The translations under genes and the position numbers were made by a program. Of a stretch of DNA of 62,719 bases, positions 57,943-62,719 are shown one piece after another; within the stretch, counting starts at the first letter, position 1, and every line of letters begins with the position of its first letter. The notes under the pieces were generated by a model, which made no database searches, was not told where the DNA came from, and was given only the letters and a program-made list of their open reading frames with translations. Location of the stretch: NCBI GenBank assembly GCA_043810925.1, contig JBDRNT010000052.1, positions 1 through 62,719 of the forward strand, given 5' to 3'. The stretch is from Candidatus Eiseniibacteriota bacterium. GTDB taxonomy: Bacteria > Arandabacterota > Arandabacteria > Arandabacterales > Arandabacteraceae.

Positions 57943-59088
57943 ATGATCAGCAACAGTGAGTTTCGAAGGATCTACGTGATCCAGGTGATGATGGCCGTGG
58001 CCGACGCCATGGCCATGAGTTTCATGATGCTCTATCTTGTAACCCGCGGTTTCCGCCTTGAGCAACTGCTTCTTGCAACCACACTTGCCTTCTCTGTCCC
58101 GGTCCTTGCCATCGCGGCCATGGGGAGGGCAAGAGCCAAGGCCTCGTTTTCTATCGCGTTCGTCGTGAAAATCATTGCATACCTGATCGCCTTGTTCTGG
58201 ATCGGCCCGGTGACTGTGAACTTCATATATATCATGAATGCGCTCGTTCTCGTCTTCTTCTGGGTGCCGTACAATCTCGAGTTCTTCTCCTATGCTACGG
58301 AGAAGACCCATGCCTACTCGGGAAGTGTCGCCATCGTGATATATCCTCTGGTCGCCATGGCCGTACCGCCGGTTGCCGCCTACATCTGGCACGGGCACGG
58401 TTTTGCTCTGAACATGCTGATTTCGATTGCCATTCTTGCCGGCCTGATCGTCTACGTCCTTAAGAGCAGTTCAATCAAGTTCCGCAGATTCGACTATCGT
58501 ATCGCAGAGTCGCTGCGAAGCCTCAAGGGATACAGGACACTGTTCGCAGTCCAGGGTTTCTGGGAAGCATCCTCGTTTGTCGGCGTACCGGTGTTCACCC
58601 TGCTGTTTATCGGGACCGAGCTTCATCTCGGATTCTTCTTCTCGTATCTCGGTGTCCTGAGTGTCATAGCGACGGTCACGCTTGCGCGGCTCTCCGACCG
58701 GCACCGAAGGCGGACTGCCTACCTCTACCCGACAGTCATCCTGGCGGCAGGCGCGACTATCGCGCTGGCCTTTGCCCGAACGACCGTCCTATGGGTGACG
58801 CTTGTCGGGTTGCTGAGCTTCACATCGATTATGACGACGCCTTTTCTGATAGCGGTGGCTCTTGATGCCAAGGTCAAGGGGATCAACATGTGGGCCGGCC
58901 GCGAGCTCTTGCTCAACCTGGGCAGAGCCCTCGGATCGTGTTTGATCCTCCTTATATACAGGGGAGGTCTGGATTACCGGCTCGCATTCGTTGTGTTGGG
59001 CGGAGCGCTGTTCCTCTATCCGCTTCTGCTTCATGTCAAGCGGATCTATGCTGAAGCTGAGATCATTCCCGCGCAGCCCGCCAGATAG
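57943..59088 (+). CDS. MFS transporter
   Basis: About 12 hydrophobic segments, ARLSDRHRRR loop motif, RELLLNLGR. Confidence 0.85.
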   Translation: MISNSEFRRIYVIQVMMAVADAMAMSFMMLYLVTRGFRLEQLLLATTLAFSVPVLAIAAMGRARAKASFSIAFVVKIIAYLIALFWIGPVTVNFIYIMNALVLVFFWVPYNLEFFSYATEKTHAYSGSVAIVIYPLVAMAVPPVAAYIWHGHGFALNMLISIAILAGLIVYVLKSSSIKFRRFDYRIAESLRSLKGYRTLFAVQGFWEASSFVGVPVFTLLFIGTELHLGFFFSYLGVLSVIATVTLARLSDRHRRRTAYLYPTVILAAGATIALAFARTTVLWVTLVGLLSFTSIMTTPFLIAVALDAKVKGINMWAGRELLLNLGRALGSCLILLIYRGGLDYRLAFVVLGGALFLYPLLLHVKRIYAEAEIIPAQPAR

Positions 59089-59252
59089 TAATTCGGTAAC
59101 AGTTTACTAATTACTATGAATTGCGGTGACACCGCACTGAATTCCTGCTTCTGATCATAGGCGTTACTGTCATGGGCGGTAGTCAAGTATGGTGTCACCG
59201 GGGCTCTCACCGGAATTTCCCGCACCGGAATCTGTAAACTGTCACCGAATTA
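59089..59252. repeat. Nested family A element
   Basis: Outer arms 59089-59112 and 59229-59252; inner GGTGACACC/GGTGTCACC pair. Confidence 0.8.
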
Positions 59253-59277
59253 GCACCGAATCAGATTCCCTGCCGCT

Positions 59278-59303
59278 TGAATAAATTCCCCGCCCAAGTC
59301 GTA
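59278..59303 (+). promoter_or_regulatory. SigW-like ECF promoter TGAATA-N16-CGTA
   Basis: Matches TGAAAC-N16-CGTA spacing directly upstream of the second ECF gene. Confidence 0.6.
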
Positions 59304-59322
59304 CTCTGTTATGGAGGGTAGA

Positions 59323-59931
59323 ATGAGGCAGGTTCAAGTGGTAGGATACCGGACAGTGCATGTCGCACAGACTGTGGCACCGGTAATGGAGCGAAGAGAC
59401 CTTTCAGACAGCGAGGCCATCCACGCCATAAGGGCTGGCGACAGGGAGGCCTACAAAGCAATCGTAGAGCGCTACATGAGGCGCGCCTACGGTATCGCCA
59501 TCACGTTTGTCCGGAACCAGCAGGATGCCATGGATGTATCCCAGATGGCATTCATCAAAGCTTACAGGAATCTCAGGCGATTCGACACGGAGCGCCCCTT
59601 CTTTCCCTGGTTCTATAGAATCCTTAGGAACATCTGTCTTGACCATCTCAAGCGGGCAAGCCGCACGCGGGAGATCCCTCTCGAGGATGCCGGTGTTCTT
59701 AAGACCGAAGCTCAGAACCACGAGATGAAGCAGATGCTCTGGCAGGCAATAGAAGACCTGCCGCTTGAACAGCGAGAGGCGATAGTGCTCCGTTATTTCG
59801 AGGGCATGTCTTACAGGGAGGTAGCCGAGACCCTCGAGATGCCCATAGGTACGGTCATGTCGTCACTCCACTATGCAAAGCGAAAGATGAAAAAGGCAAT
59901 CAGTGGTTTTCTCGATGGGGAGGAAAAATGA
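59323..59931 (+). CDS. ECF sigma-70 factor (second)
   Basis: DAMDVSQMAF, FFPWFYRI, SYREVAETLEMPIGTVMS; start uncertain (59311/59323/59386). Confidence 0.93.
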   Translation: MRQVQVVGYRTVHVAQTVAPVMERRDLSDSEAIHAIRAGDREAYKAIVERYMRRAYGIAITFVRNQQDAMDVSQMAFIKAYRNLRRFDTERPFFPWFYRILRNICLDHLKRASRTREIPLEDAGVLKTEAQNHEMKQMLWQAIEDLPLEQREAIVLRYFEGMSYREVAETLEMPIGTVMSSLHYAKRKMKKAISGFLDGEEK

Positions 59932-60392
59932 ACGGAGGGCGAGGAATGGATCACGAGAAGATTGACGAGCTGATCTCCTCATACCTCGACAATGAGCTGG
60001 ATGAGGATCAGCGAAGACTGGTCGAAGAGCACATCGAGAAATGTCCCGAATGCCGAAGAGAGTATGGAGAAATGACCCGGTTCGAGGAGGTGATGCGGAA
60101 GATGACACTCAAACAACCACCCAGGGAAGCATGGCAAGTTTACTCGGAATCAGTCTATAACCGCGCGGAAAGAGGAATCGGCTGGATACTGCTTTCCATC
60201 GGCGCGATGATCATCCTCTTTTTCAGCGGTTATCAGATCGTGAAGGGCTTCATTCAAGATCCCACCATCCCCGTCATTGTCAAAGCAGGGATTCTACTGG
60301 GAATGGGCGGCGTTGTGATCCTCCTGGTCTCGGTCGTACGAGAGAGGGTCTTTGTCGGCAAACACGAGCGATATAAGGAGATTCAAAAATGA
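59928..60392 (+). CDS. Zinc-finger (zf-HC2) anti-sigma factor, two TM
   Basis: YLDNEL, HIEKCPEC, two TM helices. Confidence 0.9.
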   Translation: MNGGRGMDHEKIDELISSYLDNELDEDQRRLVEEHIEKCPECRREYGEMTRFEEVMRKMTLKQPPREAWQVYSESVYNRAERGIGWILLSIGAMIILFFSGYQIVKGFIQDPTIPVIVKAGILLGMGGVVILLVSVVRERVFVGKHERYKEIQK

Positions 60393-60703
60393 TGATCGTA
60401 ACTTCTGATTCGATTCCTGGAAAGACCATCACAAAAAGCATCGGTCTCGTCCGGGGTAACACGATCCGTGCCCGTCACCTCGGACACGACGTGATGGCGA
60501 AGCTCAGGCACCTTGTCGGCGGCGAAATCACCGACTACACTAAGATGATGGCAGAGTCCCGGGAGCAGTCGTTGGACCGGATGGTTGACGAAGCCAAGTC
60601 CCTGGGTGCCAACGCCATCGTGTGCGTTCGCTTTTCGACCTCGATGATCATGGAGAGCGCCGCCGAGATTCTGGCTTACGGGACTGCCGTCGTCGTGGAG
60701 TGA
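60389..60703 (+). CDS. ybjQ: YbjQ/UPF0145 family protein
   Basis: GLVRG, GGEITDYT, GANAIV, AYGTAV. Confidence 0.93.
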   Translation: MMIVTSDSIPGKTITKSIGLVRGNTIRARHLGHDVMAKLRHLVGGEITDYTKMMAESREQSLDRMVDEAKSLGANAIVCVRFSTSMIMESAAEILAYGTAVVVE

Positions 60704-60889
60704 CAGCTGGGTCTTTGGAGCCTTGGGGAGGACATACTCCGAGAACTCGTCCATCATCATCCACCCACGTCACTTTCGCTGGATTTCGTTCCGGCCACTT
60801 GTCGAATTTCAGCCGCGGGCGCAGGCCATCGCGCAAAGCCCGTCCTTTTTGCACACATCCGGGTTGATTGTGATTTCGGGTAGTGTGGT

Positions 60890-60918
60890 TTGCCATTCCC
60901 CGCGAAATGTGATAAAAT
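60890..60918 (+). promoter_or_regulatory. Sigma70 promoter TTGCCA-N17-TAAAAT
   Basis: Correct spacing plus TG extension upstream of the GH13 RBS AGGAGG. Confidence 0.6.
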
Positions 60919-60937
60919 AAAGGACTAGGAGGCCCGT

Positions 60938-62719
60938 GTGAGAACCATTCTATCTACTCTGGCACTGATAGCACTTATGGCGCCGGCCGCACACTCAGCC
61001 GGGACGGACAACACCGTCGAGTGGAGTGGGATCTCTCACATTGCGCTGCTCGACCGCACCCCGCTTTGCCCGCTCGCCGGCCAACCGTTCGCGGTGCGCG
61101 TCCAGAGCTGGGCGAACGACCTCACGTCGGTCCGGGTCCGCATCGAAGACGGTGGCGTCACCTTCGTGAACGCGAGCCTCGTCGGGAATCGCGGGCCTTA
61201 CGATGTCTGGGAGGCCCAGGTTCCGGCACCGGCCGGGAGTGCCATAGAATTCGTCTTCGAACTCAATGATGGCACCGATACGGACTACCTCGGTCCGGAC
61301 GGTGTCTCGGACGGTCTGCCGTCCCCAGGTTTTACGATGGACTTTGCGACCCTATCCCACGCACCCTACGGCTCGACGCCGACCGAGGGCGGAGGCGTGG
61401 TCTTCAAGGTCTGGTCGCCGAACCGGACGGTTTGCCATGTCCGGGGTGAGTTTAACGGCTGGGGCACGTCGGACCCGATGAACCGGGTCGGCGAGGACTT
61501 CATCCTCCATGTGCCCGCGGCCGGCGACCGCGACATGTACAAGTACTACTTCCAGAATACCACCTGGAACACCGATGCACGCGCCAGGGCCTTAAACCCC
61601 GGCAATAACTATAATGCCATCGTTGAGGATCCGACTCGCTACGACTGGCAGGTGGACGACTTCGATGTACCGGATTTCGAGGAGATGGTGGTCTACCAGC
61701 TCCATGTCGGTACGTTTGCAGGCCTCAACGATCCGTATGGCTCGGCGCCGTTCCCGGCCAAGTACGTGAATGTGACCGAGCGGGCCGACCACCTGGCGGA
61801 GCTCGGCATCAACGTGGTTCAGCTCTGTCCCATCACCGAGTTCCCCTACGACTACTCGGCCGGCTACAACCCGGTGACGCAGTGGGCGCCGGAGTCATAC
61901 TACGGCGACCCGGACGACGTCCGTGCGATGGTTGATGCGCTCCACGCGCGTGGCATCGCGGTCACCCACGATATCGTATGGAACCACTTCTCACACAGCG
62001 ATAACTTCCTCTGGGACTATGACGGGACGCAGTACTACTTTGACGATCCCGTTGTCGACACGCCCTGGGGCAGCCAGGCTGACTTCGACCTGGCCGGTGT
62101 TCGCCGGTGGTTCATCGAGAGCGCCCATATGTGGCTCGGTGAATACCGTATGGACGGGTTCCGGATGGACGCGACCGACTTTATGAACATCTACCCGCAG
62201 GAGGCATCCGGCTGGAGCCTCATGCAGTGGCTCAACGATGAGATGGACCGCCGCTGGATCGATAAGATCAATATCGCCGAGCAGCTGCCCGATGACTCGT
62301 GGGTAACCCGCCCGACGAACCTCGGGGGCGGCGGGTTCGACTCGCAGTACTACGACCACTTCACGGACCGGCTCCGCGAGGAGATCCTCGATGCCGCCTC
62401 CGGCGACCCGGAGATGTGGGTGATCGCCGATATCCTCGACGGCAGCGGCGGCTACTTGTCCGGCCGTTACGTCACAAACTACTTCGAGCTCCACGATGAG
62501 GCCTGGCCATCGAGTGGCGGGCAGCGGATGGTGAGAACCATCGACACGACCGCCCCGTACGACGACCAGTACGCGAAAGGCCGTGTGAAGCTCGCGCAGG
62601 GTATAGTCCTCACGGCCCCCGGCATCCCGGCTATCCTCCAGGGCACCGAGTGGCTCGAGGATAACAACTTCGGGACCGACGCCGGGAACCGTATAGACTG
62701 GTCGCACAAGACAACCTAC
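60938..62719 (+). CDS. Exported GH13 (CBM48 + alpha-amylase/branching-enzyme-like), partial, runs off window
   Basis: Own translation: MRTILSTLALIALMAPAAHSA leader; FKVWSP..RGEFNGW, YQLHVGTF, GYNP, DIVWNH, GFRMDA, IAEQ, ELHDE. Confidence 0.93.
   Translation, partial: MRTILSTLALIALMAPAAHSAGTDNTVEWSGISHIALLDRTPLCPLAGQPFAVRVQSWANDLTSVRVRIEDGGVTFVNASLVGNRGPYDVWEAQVPAPAGSAIEFVFELNDGTDTDYLGPDGVSDGLPSPGFTMDFATLSHAPYGSTPTEGGGVVFKVWSPNRTVCHVRGEFNGWGTSDPMNRVGEDFILHVPAAGDRDMYKYYFQNTTWNTDARARALNPGNNYNAIVEDPTRYDWQVDDFDVPDFEEMVVYQLHVGTFAGLNDPYGSAPFPAKYVNVTERADHLAELGINVVQLCPITEFPYDYSAGYNPVTQWAPESYYGDPDDVRAMVDALHARGIAVTHDIVWNHFSHSDNFLWDYDGTQYYFDDPVVDTPWGSQADFDLAGVRRWFIESAHMWLGEYRMDGFRMDATDFMNIYPQEASGWSLMQWLNDEMDRRWIDKINIAEQLPDDSWVTRPTNLGGGGFDSQYYDHFTDRLREEILDAASGDPEMWVIADILDGSGGYLSGRYVTNYFELHDEAWPSSGGQRMVRTIDTTAPYDDQYAKGRVKLAQGIVLTAPGIPAILQGTEWLEDNNFGTDAGNRIDWSHKTTY

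Overview
A ~58% GC (by eye) segment from a diderm, anaerobic bacterium. The FlgD-Ig/T9SS-like C-terminal domains and a TWGxIK tail suggest an Eisenbacteria/Krumholzibacteriota/Latescibacterota-like lineage (inference only). It holds exported glycosidases and peptidases, two ECF sigma/anti-sigma modules, and two main systems. (1) A sigma54 activator fusing a complete thioredoxin-type ArsC/LMW-PTP domain, a Cys-motif PAS domain, AAA+ and HTH. It sits ahead of an O2/NO/metal-defence island (small protein, Cys-rich YHS protein, YyaL, FprA, rubrerythrin, desulfoferrodoxin, flavin reductase-rubredoxin; then hcp-ferredoxin-cupin). The two operons share -24/-12 promoters and a TGTCTCA enhancer motif. 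(2) A CODH/ACS-CoFeSP-RACo operon with no acsE or folate-branch genes in the window, carrying instead a core-MetE (MesB-like) methyltransferase. This is a candidate folate-free acetyl-CoA-to-methionine (or methyl-thiol) route. Also present: at least three families of palindromic/MITE-like repeats (two 94-bp copies bracket a ydhR-like gene), two pseudogenes, and a GH13 gene running off the end that the ORF track missed. I recognised no rRNA, tRNA, CRISPR array or transposase.
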